Origin: Parabacteroides sp.
GTDB lineage: Bacteria > Bacteroidota > Bacteroidia > Bacteroidales > Tannerellaceae
Reading direction: 5' to 3'
DNA length: 60,064 nucleotides
NCBI GenBank assembly: GCA_041669165.1
Contig: JBAYBT010000001.1
Location: forward strand, 1 to 60,064
Under the pieces are notes generated by a model. It did no database searches and had not been told where the DNA came from. It saw only the letters and a list, made by a program, of their open reading frames with translations. The position numbers and the translations under genes were made by a program. Positions within the stretch are counted from its first letter, which is position 1, and the number at the start of each line of letters is the position of its first letter. This document shows positions 37,813-47,878 of the stretch, one piece after another.

Positions 37813-37890
37813 AAAATATTGTCCCCTAAAATAGGTATATTCGCTTTATAAAACTAAACAAAGTAAGAAAAAGCAAATTTAAATAGAATA

Positions 37891-38847
37891 TTATTTCTTA
37901 TATCTTGCTTCCAACTTAGCCAACATATCTTTGGTCATGGTATCCAAATCATACTCCGGCTTCCAACCCCATTCCTGACGGGCACAAGTATCATCCAATG
38001 AATTTGGCCATGACTCGGCAATGGCCTGACGCAAGGGATCTACCTGATATTCCATCTGAAAACCGGGAACATATTTCTTGATATTATTATAAATGATTTC
38101 CGGATCAAAACTCATGGATGCTATATTAAACGAATTGCGATGTACAAATTTTGTAGCATCTGCTTCCATAATTTCAATAGCACCCCGCAAAGCATCCGGC
38201 ATATACATCATATCCATAAATGTTCCGGCTTTGATCGGACAAACAAATTTCTGACCTTTAGCAGCCGAATAAAAAATGTCGACAGCATAATCGGTCGTAC
38301 CACCACCAGGCAAAGTAACATACGAAATCAGACCCGGGAAACGTACCGAGCGCGTATCAACACCAAAACGGATATAATAGTAGTTACTCAACAGCTCACC
38401 TGTAACCTTCGTTACGCCATACATCGTACGGGGATTTCTGACAGTATCTTGTGGAGTTTTATCTTTAGGAGTATCTGTACCAAAAGCGCCGATAGAACTT
38501 GGTGTAAACACAGCACAATGCAGTTCGCGTGCGACTTCCAATACATTAAATAAACCTCCGATACCGATTTTCCATGCCAGCTGGGGCTTTGCTTCTGCAA
38601 CAGCTGATAATAAAGCAGCCAGATTGTAGATGGTATCGATTTTGTACTTTGATACTGTTTCTGCTATCTGCTGTTCGTTTGTAATATCGACTACAGCGGC
38701 AGGACCTGATTCCAGCAATTCACCTTTGGGTTCAGCGCCGGGTATATATCCGGCAATAATATTTCCTTCTTTGTAAATACCTCTTAATTTCATGGTTAAC
38801 TCAGAACCGATCTGCCCTGTTGAACCAATTATTAATACATTCTTCAT
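37891..38847 (-). CDS. tdh: L-threonine 3-dehydrogenase (SDR/UDP-galactose epimerase-like type)
   Basis: GSTGQIGSEL, LAALLSA, PSSIGAFG, YGVTK, PGGGTTDYAV, RQAIAESWP. Divergent from kbl; -7 element at 38879-38886. Confidence 0.9.
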   Translation of the reverse strand: MKNVLIIGSTGQIGSELTMKLRGIYKEGNIIAGYIPGAEPKGELLESGPAAVVDITNEQQIAETVSKYKIDTIYNLAALLSAVAEAKPQLAWKIGIGGLFNVLEVARELHCAVFTPSSIGAFGTDTPKDKTPQDTVRNPRTMYGVTKVTGELLSNYYYIRFGVDTRSVRFPGLISYVTLPGGGTTDYAVDIFYSAAKGQKFVCPIKAGTFMDMMYMPDALRGAIEIMEADATKFVHRNSFNIASMSFDPEIIYNNIKKYVPGFQMEYQVDPLRQAIAESWPNSLDDTCARQEWGWKPEYDLDTMTKDMLAKLEARYKK

Positions 38848-39078
38848 TGCGTTTTTGTTCTTTTAAGTTTTTGTGCGGCAAAGGTAGATAGAATGATAGA
38901 GTTCTGACACAATTTTCTTGTTTTTTTAGACATTATATTCAAAAAAAATATGAACTTTGCGAGTCAGATGACTTGGATAATTTACAAATGCGAACCGACT
39001 TATTTAAAATATGCCGTTTAGTCTTCTGCAAATGCCAGTCTCATTGATTAATCATTAATGCTAACAAAAAACAAAATT

Positions 39079-40269
39079 ATGTACGGTAAACTTAAAGATT
39101 TCCTCAATCAGGAATTAGCTGATATCAAAACAGCAGGATTGTACAAAAATGAACGAATCATTACAACCCCTCAAAAAGCAGATATCAAAGTAAATGAAGG
39201 TATTGACGTCCTTAACTTCTGCGCCAACAATTATTTAGGTCTTTCTAACGATCCCAGACTAATCAAAGCCGCTAAGGCAGCAATGGATAATCGGGGTTTC
39301 GGTATGTCATCAGTTCGTTTTATCTGTGGCACTCAAGATACTCATAAACAATTAGAAGAAGCTATAGCCGACTATTTTAAAACAGACGATACCATTCTAT
39401 ATGGTTCTTGCTTTGATGCCAACGGAGGTCTTTTTGAACCTTTGTTCGGCGAAGAAGACGCTATTATTTCTGATGCATTGAACCATGCTTCAATCATTGA
39501 CGGTGTTCGTCTTTGTAAAGCTAAACGTTATCGTTATGCCAATGCGGATATGGCTGATCTGGAACGCTGTCTGAAAGAAGCTCAGGCACAACGTTATCGT
39601 ATCATCGCTACCGACGGTGTGTTCTCCATGGATGGCAATGTTGCCCCAATGGATAAGATCTGTGATCTGGCTGAGAAATACGATGCGTTGGTTATGGTTG
39701 ACGAATCTCACTCTGCAGGTGTTGTAGGTCCGACAGGACATGGGATTGCCGAAAAATTCAATTGCTACGGACGCATTGATATCTTCACCGGCACATTAGG
39801 AAAGTCATTCGGTGGTGCTATGGGTGGTTTCACAACCGGACGCAAAGAGATTATCGATATGCTTCGTCAGCGTTCTCGTCCATATTTATTCTCAAACTCT
39901 GTTGCTCCGTCCATCGTTGGCGCAAGCCTTGAGATGTTCAAGATGCTGAAGGAAAGTAATGCTTTGCATACCAAGCTGATGGAAAACGTAAACTATTTCC
40001 GTGAAAAAATGATGGCTGCCGGATTCGATATCAAACCGACACAATCGGCTATTTGTGCAGTGATGTTGTATGACGCCAAACTTTCTCAGGATTTTGCAAC
40101 CCGCATGCAGGACGAAGGCATCTATGTTACAGGATTCTATTATCCTGTTGTTCCGAAAGGACAGGCTCGTATCCGCGTACAACTCTCAGCAGGTCACGAG
40201 AAGACTCATCTGGATAAAGCTATTGCAGCGTTTATCAAGATCGGCAAAGAGCTAAATGTCATTAAATAA
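39079..40269 (+). CDS. kbl: Glycine C-acetyltransferase (2-amino-3-ketobutyrate CoA ligase)
   Basis: NFCANNYLGL, SSVRFICGTQD, SDALNHASIIDG, GTLGK (PLP Lys), LRQRSRPYLFSN, ARIRVQLSA. Confidence 0.96.
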   Translation: MYGKLKDFLNQELADIKTAGLYKNERIITTPQKADIKVNEGIDVLNFCANNYLGLSNDPRLIKAAKAAMDNRGFGMSSVRFICGTQDTHKQLEEAIADYFKTDDTILYGSCFDANGGLFEPLFGEEDAIISDALNHASIIDGVRLCKAKRYRYANADMADLERCLKEAQAQRYRIIATDGVFSMDGNVAPMDKICDLAEKYDALVMVDESHSAGVVGPTGHGIAEKFNCYGRIDIFTGTLGKSFGGAMGGFTTGRKEIIDMLRQRSRPYLFSNSVAPSIVGASLEMFKMLKESNALHTKLMENVNYFREKMMAAGFDIKPTQSAICAVMLYDAKLSQDFATRMQDEGIYVTGFYYPVVPKGQARIRVQLSAGHEKTHLDKAIAAFIKIGKELNVIK

Positions 40270-40292
40270 AAATATTTCTTTTGAAAAATACC

Positions 40293-40331
40293 AAGGCGAA
40301 GTTGAACAATATTCCTCTTCGCCTTACTTTT
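40293..40331 (+). terminator. Terminator after kbl, overlapping the -7 element (TACTTTTG, 40325-40332) of the next gene
   Basis: AAGGCGAAG...CTTCGCCTT followed by ACTTTT. Confidence 0.65.
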
Positions 40332-40351
40332 GAAAGCAATGATTCATTAAA

Positions 40352-41206
40352 ATGATTCCATTAAGTAATTATCATAGCCATTGTACGTTTTGCGACGGAC
40401 GAAGTACCCCGGAAGACTTTGTCAGGTTCGCCATATCCAAAGGCTTCCGAGCCTATGGTTTTTCTTCGCATGCTCCACTTCCTTTCGAAACATTTTGGAA
40501 TATGTCGAAAGAAGATATGCCTGAATACTTACAGGAAATTGAACGCTTGAAACATAAATATAAGGATCAGATTGAAATTTATGTGGCGCTTGAAATTGAT
40601 TATCTGGATGAAACCTACAACGCTTCTCTCCCTTATTTCCGTGAACTTCCTCTCGATTATAGAATTGGTTCGATTCACTTTTTGCCTGCCAGCTTGCCGC
40701 TTCTGGAAAAGAATATGGTTTGCATTGACGGCGCTTTCGAGAATTATCGCCTTTCGCTTGATCAGGTCTACCATGGCGACATTCGGAAACTTGTGGAACA
40801 CTACTTTGATACAACACTGAAAATGATCGAAGCCGGAGGAATAGATATTGTGGGCCATATTGATAAGGTTTATATGCACGGAGAAAAATGTTCTGGTTTC
40901 TCTATTGATGCCGACTGGTATCAGAAGCCGTTCGACGACTGCCTGCATCTGATTGCAGAGAAAGGTCTTATGGTTGAAATCAATACGAAGAACCTGCGTA
41001 CCAAAAGGCAATTATTTCCAAACATGGCTTATATCAGCAAACTGCAAAAGCTACATATTCCCGTAATGGTTAATTCCGATTGTCATTATCCTGATTTGGT
41101 GAACGATGGACGTGAAGAAGCGTTCAAATTGCTATTACAAACGGGATTTGAGACAACACGGGAACTTGTTAACGGTCTTTGGGAAGATATACCTATACAA
41201 AGATAA
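40352..41206 (+). CDS. PHP-family histidinol-phosphatase (HisJ/HisK type)
   Basis: YHSH, GFSSHAP, LEID, IGSIH, GHID, EINT, NSDCH metal-binding motifs. Confidence 0.85.
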   Translation: MIPLSNYHSHCTFCDGRSTPEDFVRFAISKGFRAYGFSSHAPLPFETFWNMSKEDMPEYLQEIERLKHKYKDQIEIYVALEIDYLDETYNASLPYFRELPLDYRIGSIHFLPASLPLLEKNMVCIDGAFENYRLSLDQVYHGDIRKLVEHYFDTTLKMIEAGGIDIVGHIDKVYMHGEKCSGFSIDADWYQKPFDDCLHLIAEKGLMVEINTKNLRTKRQLFPNMAYISKLQKLHIPVMVNSDCHYPDLVNDGREEAFKLLLQTGFETTRELVNGLWEDIPIQR

Positions 41207-41236
41207 CCCGGCGGCGTAGTTCCGTGGGTTATCTTT
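41199..41236. terminator. Bidirectional terminator between the PHP phosphatase and panB
   Basis: AAAGATAACCC...GGGTTATCTTT 11-bp arms. Confidence 0.7.
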
Positions 41237-41303
41237 CATTTTGTATTACAATAATTGTGCGGGTTATCATACCACTATCCTGAGATAGTCTCTTTTCTTC
41301 CGT

Positions 41304-42131
41304 TTAATATTGTTCTTTTTCATTCGGGAAATCACCCGACTTTACATCTTCAATATAGGATTGGACAGCATGTGTGATATTTTCGGCCAGATTTGCATAA
41401 CGACGCAAGAATCTTGGCGAAAAACCCTGATTGATACCCAGCATATCATGCATCACAAGTACCTGACCGTCCACTCCTCCTCCTGCACCGATGCCTATAA
41501 CCGGAATCTTCAGTTCTGATGCGACTTGAGTGGCTAAGGCAGCCGGAATCTTTTCCAGAACAAGAGAAAAACAACCGATGTCTTCCAAAAGATGTGCGTC
41601 TGATATCAACTTCCGTGCTTCCTCTTCTTCACGAGCACGAACGGTATAAGTTCCAAATTTATTGATTGACTGCGGGGTAAGTCCTAGATGTCCCATCACC
41701 GGAATACCTGCACTTAATATACGTTCTATCGATTCGCGAACTTCGGAACCACCTTCCAGCTTAATACAATCGGCATTCGTTTCCTTCATCACACGAATCG
41801 ATGAAGATAGAGCTTCTATCGGATTTCCCTGATAACTACCAAAAGGCAAATCGATAACTACCAAAGCTCGTTTGACACCTTTTGCAACTGATTTACCATG
41901 ATAAATCATTTGATCCAGAGTAATAGGAAGAGTCGTCGCATTCCCGGCCATCACATTCGAAGCCGAATCGCCTACCAGTATTGCATCCATTCCCGCCTGA
42001 TCAATCAATGTTGCCATTGAATAATCGTAAGCTGTAAGCATGGAAATTTTTTCACCCCGTTGTTTCATCTCTATCAAACGACGTGTTGTGACCTTTCTAT
42101 TATCTTCCAAATCTCTTTTAGCTACTGACAT
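41304..42131 (-). CDS. panB: 3-methyl-2-oxobutanoate hydroxymethyltransferase
   Basis: [50 protein letters not shown] at 42131, with -7 at 42161-42168. Confidence 0.97.
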   Translation of the reverse strand: MSVAKRDLEDNRKVTTRRLIEMKQRGEKISMLTAYDYSMATLIDQAGMDAILVGDSASNVMAGNATTLPITLDQMIYHGKSVAKGVKRALVVIDLPFGSYQGNPIEALSSSIRVMKETNADCIKLEGGSEVRESIERILSAGIPVMGHLGLTPQSINKFGTYTVRAREEEEARKLISDAHLLEDIGCFSLVLEKIPAALATQVASELKIPVIGIGAGGGVDGQVLVMHDMLGINQGFSPRFLRRYANLAENITHAVQSYIEDVKSGDFPNEKEQY

Positions 42132-42227
42132 AATTATAGATCTTAATTTGTTTTCGGATGCAAAAGTACACATTGTTGCGCTTTTGTCCTAACTAAACAT
42201 TATCTTTGCTTCAAAAATAACAGGCAA

Positions 42228-42764
42228 ATGGAAGATGAAACGTTAACATCAAATGAGCTATGGCTTGCCAAGGCAAAAGGACCCGACAGCAATCGCATCT
42301 GGGAAATAATCCTTCAGGCTAAAGTGCAGATGAAACGCCTCGGAAGTCATCAGTGGGATGATAATTATCCAACGGGAGAATTAATACAAGAAGATATACA
42401 GACAGAAAGAGGCTACGTGCTTCGTGATAACAAAAGCATTGTAGCCTATGGCGTTATCTCTTTTGAAGCTGAACCTGCATATGCGCAAATCAGGGGCAAA
42501 TGGCAAAATGAACAACCTTATGTAATTGTGCACCGTTTAGCCGTAGCCGAAGAAGTCAAACATCAGGGTATTGCCAGACGATTCATGCAGGAAGCCGAAA
42601 AAGTGAGTCTCGCAAAAGGGATCGATAATTTTCGTATCGACACCAACTATGACAATCACTACATGCTTCGTCTGATCGATTCTTTAGGATTTGCATACAG
42701 CGGCGAAGTAATCTACAGAGAGAACAAAGTACGTCGTGCTTTTGAAAAGACAATAATCAAATAA
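42228..42764 (+). CDS. GNAT-family N-acetyltransferase
   Basis: QWDDNYP, VHRLAVAEEVKHQGIA (motif A), IDTNYDNHYM...LGF. -7 TATCTTTG at 42201-42208. Confidence 0.88.
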   Translation: MEDETLTSNELWLAKAKGPDSNRIWEIILQAKVQMKRLGSHQWDDNYPTGELIQEDIQTERGYVLRDNKSIVAYGVISFEAEPAYAQIRGKWQNEQPYVIVHRLAVAEEVKHQGIARRFMQEAEKVSLAKGIDNFRIDTNYDNHYMLRLIDSLGFAYSGEVIYRENKVRRAFEKTIIK

Positions 42765-42790
42765 TACGCATAATAAATAGTTGAATAACA

Positions 42791-43252
42791 ATGGAACAGA
42801 CACCTGCATTGAACGAACACAATAAGGAAGAATACCCTCCGATGCATACAGCCGAGCATATTTTGAATCAGACTATGGTTAGAATGTTTGGCTGTCCGCG
42901 TTCTAAAAATTCTCATATCGAGCGAAAAAAGAGTAAACTCGATTATGAGTTATCCGAAGAGCCGATACCTGAAATGATGGCGGAAGTAGAACGGCATGTG
43001 AATGAAGTTATCGATCAGCATCTACCTGTAACCATTGAGTTTATGAATAAAGATGATGCCGCGTCGATTGTTGATTTGAGTAAACTGCCCGACGAAGCAA
43101 GTGAAACACTGCGTATCGTGCGTGTCGGCGATTATGATGCTTGTGCCTGCATCGGTACGCATGTGAGCAACACATCGGAAATAGGTCACGTGAAACTATT
43201 GAACTACGATTATACCGAAGGCCGACTGCGCCTCCGCTTTAAGCTTGTATAA
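42791..43252 (+). CDS. Free-standing AlaX-type aminoacyl-tRNA editing domain (tRNA_SAD)
   Basis: MHTAEHIL (HxxxH) and ACIGTHVSNTSEIG (CxxxH) zinc motifs, LRIVRVGDYD, RLRF; 153 aa. Confidence 0.8.
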   Translation: MEQTPALNEHNKEEYPPMHTAEHILNQTMVRMFGCPRSKNSHIERKKSKLDYELSEEPIPEMMAEVERHVNEVIDQHLPVTIEFMNKDDAASIVDLSKLPDEASETLRIVRVGDYDACACIGTHVSNTSEIGHVKLLNYDYTEGRLRLRFKLV

Positions 43253-43256
43253 GCTT

Positions 43257-44222
43257 TTAGCGGGAGCGTACCTCTTTCCGCATAAAGGAAAGATAGGAAA
43301 GGCCAAAACATATTACTGTTGAAGCAATCATTCCCGTCAACTGTGGCCAAACGACCATCAAGCTCTGCCCTAAAGGAAGCGGACTGGGAATAGCACCTTC
43401 AACCTGCTCCATCGTAAGCGGACCCAGACTACGGACAGAAGGCATGAGCAGCGTCATCGTTGCTTCATTAAACAATTCGCTTGGTGCAAATCGCAATAAA
43501 TTGAGCATGAACCGCTGATAGCTGATCACCTGATATTCGGAAGCCATCTCATTAGGACTTAATGCTTTCCCTATCAGATTAATAATCATAGTATAGAACA
43601 CACTAAAAAAAAGCCAGACCGCAATACATGCCAATGCCGATGTAGCCGCCTGCTTAAACTGAATAGAAAAAAATATAGCCAGATTCAACCAAAACGCTAC
43701 GTAAACAACGCCCACAAACAAGAATGCAACAACACGCATAAATTCACTGAAAGTAGGCGGAATACCAATAGCAATCAAACCAAAACCCATAACCAGAAAA
43801 CCCAGAGCATACAACAAAATACCAATGACAATCAATGCTGCGACAAACTTGGCATTGATCAGATAATCACGATGTATCGGTTGCGATAGGATACGACTCA
43901 ACGTCCCCTTGTTTTGCTCTGAATTTATGGCATCAAAACCTAATGCAATACCCAATAATGGCCCTAAAAAACTAATGAACATCGCAAAAGAGGGCATCGT
44001 CCCGTCGGAGACAGTAAAAAGCTTCAAAAATAAGAAAGAACCATCCGGATCGCCCGGCTTAATTGCCGTTCTGATATTTGTAAGCGCTTCATAAAGAGAG
44101 CCCATACAAGTCAATGCAATAATAGCTATCAATATAATAAAACGCCAACTGTGTACATTATCGGAAATCTCCTTTTTGACAATTACCCAGAATGGATGAT
44201 GAGTGTTTGCTATATTTATCAT
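43257..44222 (-). CDS. ABC-2-type transporter permease
   Basis: Multi-TM; LGFDAINSEQNKGTLSRILSQPIHR...AKF motif. Confidence 0.88.
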   Translation of the reverse strand: MINIANTHHPFWVIVKKEISDNVHSWRFIILIAIIALTCMGSLYEALTNIRTAIKPGDPDGSFLFLKLFTVSDGTMPSFAMFISFLGPLLGIALGFDAINSEQNKGTLSRILSQPIHRDYLINAKFVAALIVIGILLYALGFLVMGFGLIAIGIPPTFSEFMRVVAFLFVGVVYVAFWLNLAIFFSIQFKQAATSALACIAVWLFFSVFYTMIINLIGKALSPNEMASEYQVISYQRFMLNLLRFAPSELFNEATMTLLMPSVRSLGPLTMEQVEGAIPSPLPLGQSLMVVWPQLTGMIASTVICFGLSYLSFMRKEVRSR

Positions 44223-44956
44223 ACTTCTTTTCCTCCATAATACTGATTGTAAATATCATCCAGTCCATGCGGCACTTTGTGTAAATCCGAAAGTTCTATT
44301 TCGGCAAGCAACCTGCCATTGTTAAATAGCCCTACCCGATCGCAAACTTGTTGTACCTGAGCCAGAATATGCGATGAAAAAATGACTGTCAGACCATCCT
44401 TGTGACTCAATTCCAATACCAGACGAATAAAGTCCTGAACACCGGCAGGATCAATACCTGACGTTGGTTCATCCAAAATAATAACTTCGGGCTTTTTTAT
44501 CAAGACATCGGCCAAACCTAAACGTTGACGCATTCCGCGTGAGAATTTTCCTGCTTTCTTATCAACCACATGCGATAATCCCACGCGTTCCAAAAGACGA
44601 AGTGCATCTTCACGTGCTTCTTTACGCGTAATGCCATTCAAAGCTGCAGTATAGAGCAAGTTTTCCATGGCTGTCATATCGTCATAAAAGCCTACATCTT
44701 CAGGCAAATACCCCACCTTTCGCTTCACATCTATAGGATGTGTCGTAGAATTGATGCCACAAACCAGAACCGTTCCGGATGTCGGTTCAGTAAGACCCAA
44801 CATCATTAATATGGTAGTTGATTTTCCCGCACCGTTAGGACCCAGCAAACCGAATATCTCCCCTTTGCGGATATTCAGATTCAGATTGTCCACAGCGACA
44901 AAACTACCATAGTTCTTTGTCAATCCGGAAAGTTCGATCATATGTTCCTCTCCCAT
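44219..44956 (-). CDS. ABC transporter ATP-binding protein
   Basis: GPNGAGKST, FSRGMRQR, ILDEPT, SSH. ATG at 44956. Confidence 0.93.
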   Translation of the reverse strand: MGEEHMIELSGLTKNYGSFVAVDNLNLNIRKGEIFGLLGPNGAGKSTTILMMLGLTEPTSGTVLVCGINSTTHPIDVKRKVGYLPEDVGFYDDMTAMENLLYTAALNGITRKEAREDALRLLERVGLSHVVDKKAGKFSRGMRQRLGLADVLIKKPEVIILDEPTSGIDPAGVQDFIRLVLELSHKDGLTVIFSSHILAQVQQVCDRVGLFNNGRLLAEIELSDLHKVPHGLDDIYNQYYGGKEV

Positions 44957-44960
44957 AGGT

Positions 44961-46100
44961 TTATCTCCTACCATATTTGCGGAACAAATAATAGACGCCT
45001 CCTAATACACCAATGATAATAACAAAACCTAACCATCCGTATATCAAAGAAGTATGTACAGACATCCGGAATTCGGCTGTATTTGTTACTTCTGGTGTAC
45101 TTGCTGTCATCTTAGTTACATAATCCCCCGGCAAAGCTTTCTTTGATGCTTTCACAGTTGCAACGACATTCGTGGCACTTCCCGCCGTAAGTTTACTGAT
45201 CGTGGAGGGTTCGAAAGTAATTTCCCAATCTGCCGGTTTATTGGATGTCAGTTTAACATCTTTCAACTCGGCTGTACCTGTGTTTCTAACCAATAAATCA
45301 ATATGCTTTGTATCTCCCGCCGTGATATCCGCGCTCACACGTCCGTCAGGCGTTGTCAGCTCGATTTCATATGAACCGGTAACAACCACATCCAGTATCA
45401 AATCAGCCGAAGTAGTGCTAGTTGACGCATGAACAGGAATTTTATAATCGCCTGCCGCTATGCTTGAAGGAGGAGTGATATCAATACCGATACTCTCGGT
45501 TGCGTTCGGATCGACCTGGGCGGAAGTAGCTTGTTTGCCGTCTACACGAAATACAATGTTCCATCCACGAGGCGCATTGGCCATCAGTGCATATAGTTGT
45601 TGCTCACCGGTCTCGTTTTTTAAAATGGCATTAAAATTGAATGCAGCTTTAGAATTTCCTTGCATATTGGGCTGTTTGGTCGTAAATTCAGTTTGATACG
45701 TGCCTTGTTCGGAAACTGTTACAGAAAGAGGCAGTTGAGCCAAACCGGCAGCAAGAACAGTAAAATGATAGGTTCCCTTGTTCACCTGCATCGGAACATT
45801 AACGGTCAGTGTCAGTGTTTTTTTGTCTTTCGGCAATACAGCCAGCTGCTTAACGGTCCATCCGCCGGCTTTCAGTTCATATTTCCAGCCACGAGGCATC
45901 CCAATGATAGTGATGGGGGCTTTTCTCATCTGGTCGGTATTATTGACCATATCTACGCTATAATCAATAGATTGTCCGGGCGGTACAGATATTTGAGTGT
46001 ATGGCGTATACAACAATACGCTTTTTTCAACTCCAAAAACTTGCATGCTACATAAAGCAAGCAGAAAAATAATCATCAGATAAACTTTTTTCGTATTCAT
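44961..46100 (-). CDS. Membrane-anchored NEW3/NPCBM-associated Ig-like repeat protein (ABC accessory)
   Basis: Signal peptide, three beta-rich repeats (PRGW/PADW...GTY/GDY), C-terminal TM helix and RKYGRR tail. -7 element at 46134-46141. Confidence 0.75.
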   Translation of the reverse strand: MNTKKVYLMIIFLLALCSMQVFGVEKSVLLYTPYTQISVPPGQSIDYSVDMVNNTDQMRKAPITIIGMPRGWKYELKAGGWTVKQLAVLPKDKKTLTLTVNVPMQVNKGTYHFTVLAAGLAQLPLSVTVSEQGTYQTEFTTKQPNMQGNSKAAFNFNAILKNETGEQQLYALMANAPRGWNIVFRVDGKQATSAQVDPNATESIGIDITPPSSIAAGDYKIPVHASTSTTSADLILDVVVTGSYEIELTTPDGRVSADITAGDTKHIDLLVRNTGTAELKDVKLTSNKPADWEITFEPSTISKLTAGSATNVVATVKASKKALPGDYVTKMTASTPEVTNTAEFRMSVHTSLIYGWLGFVIIIGVLGGVYYLFRKYGRR

Positions 46101-46297
46101 TGCCTTTATGGTATTTGCTTAAAAATTTAAGCGCAAATATATAAAGTGCCATAATTACCGAATATTAAAAATATAGAAAAAACGCTATAATCAAAGCCTC
46201 TCAAAATTTAGGCAGCCAAAATAGCATGAAACAAATATTTTTATGTACTTTTGTCGCAATGATTAAGAGATATTATTTATACTAAATATAAGAATTT

Positions 46298-47569
46298 ATG
46301 CAATCAATTGACAAATTTAACTTTGCAGGCAAAAAAGCATTTGTAAGAGTTGATTTCAATGTTCCATTGGACGAGAATTTCAACATCACGGATGACACGC
46401 GTATTCGCGCTGCACTCCCAACATTAAAGAAAATCTTGAGCGACGGCGGTAGTGTAATCATTGGTTCCCACTTAGGACGTCCGAAAGGCGTAGATGCTAA
46501 ATTTTCATTGAAGCACATCATCAAACATGTGTCTGAATTATTAAATGTTGACGTACAGTTCGCAAATGATTGTATAGGTGAAGATGCCGGCGTTAAAGCT
46601 GCTGCATTGCAACCTGGCGAGGCATTATTATTAGAGAATCTTCGTTTCTATGCTGAAGAAGAAGGCAAACCAAGAGGATTGGCTGATGATGCTTCCGACG
46701 ACGTAAAGAAAGCTGCAAAGAAAGCAGTTAAAGAGAGTCAGAAAGAGTTCACAAAACATCTTGCATCTTATGCTGATGCATATGTTAATGATGCCTTCGG
46801 CACAGCTCACCGCGCTCATGCCTCTACGGCACTTATCGCTGATTATTTCGATACAGATCACAAGATGTTCGGCTATTTGATGGAAAAGGAAATCAAAGCG
46901 CTCAACAAAGTATTGGAAGCTCCGGAACGTCCGTTTACCGCAATATTGGGTGGTTCTAAGGTCTCTTCAAAAATTACAATCATTGAGAATCTTCTTGACA
47001 AGGTCGACAATCTGATTATCGGTGGTGGTATGGGCTTTACATTCTTCAAAGCTCAAGGTGGAAAGATCGGCGATTCACTCCACGAAGACGAATATATGCC
47101 TCTCGCTCTCGAGATTCTTGAGAAAGCAAAACAAAAAGGGGTAAATATTTCGCTTTCTGTTGCTACAGTTGCTGGTAATTCTTTTAGCAACGATGCAGAA
47201 CAAAAACTGTGTGACACACATAATATTCCTGATGGTTGGGAAGGTATGGATGCTTCTCCTGCTTCACTTGAAAACTGGAAAGAAATCATTATGAAGTCGA
47301 AGACTATTCTTTGGAATGGACCTGTAGGCGTATTCGAATTTCCGAACTTTGCTCACGGTACCGAGACAATTGCTCAATATGTTGCCGAAGCTACAGAAAA
47401 AGGTGCATATACGCTTGTAGGTGGCGGTGATTCCGTAGCTGCAATCAACAAATTTGGTTTGGCTGACAAAGTATCTTATGTATCAACAGGTGGTGGCGCA
47501 ATGCTGGAAGCTATTGAAGGAAAAGTTCTTCCGGGCATCGCAGCTGTTGAAGGTAAACCTTACAAATAA
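46298..47569 (+). CDS. pgk: Phosphoglycerate kinase
   Basis: [55 protein letters not shown]. -7 element at 46246-46253. Confidence 0.98.
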   Translation: MQSIDKFNFAGKKAFVRVDFNVPLDENFNITDDTRIRAALPTLKKILSDGGSVIIGSHLGRPKGVDAKFSLKHIIKHVSELLNVDVQFANDCIGEDAGVKAAALQPGEALLLENLRFYAEEEGKPRGLADDASDDVKKAAKKAVKESQKEFTKHLASYADAYVNDAFGTAHRAHASTALIADYFDTDHKMFGYLMEKEIKALNKVLEAPERPFTAILGGSKVSSKITIIENLLDKVDNLIIGGGMGFTFFKAQGGKIGDSLHEDEYMPLALEILEKAKQKGVNISLSVATVAGNSFSNDAEQKLCDTHNIPDGWEGMDASPASLENWKEIIMKSKTILWNGPVGVFEFPNFAHGTETIAQYVAEATEKGAYTLVGGGDSVAAINKFGLADKVSYVSTGGGAMLEAIEGKVLPGIAAVEGKPYK

Positions 47570-47601
47570 TATAGCATACATATAATGATTATATAAATAG
47601 G

Positions 47602-47632
47602 AAAAGGTGGCCTTAAAAAAGCCGCCTTTTTT
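47602..47632 (+). terminator. Intrinsic terminator after pgk
   Basis: AAAAGGTGGC-loop-GCCGCCTTTTTT. Confidence 0.8.
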
Positions 47633-47878
47633 CATATTTATCCTCAACCGGTATCCGGTATAAAACTTAATCAAATAAATGTTCTACAATAATCTATTTA
47701 AAATGTAATTGCAAATATATTTTAATATAGTCATATCTCATTTTATAGAAAACCAAAAGACTTGCCAAGGAGAAAAAATAACAATGCTATCCCGAAAAGT
47801 TTATTTCCCAATAAAGATATTTTTGTATCTTTGTACTTCGTATTCAAATCATAAAGGAAACAATTAAGAATTACAAAA

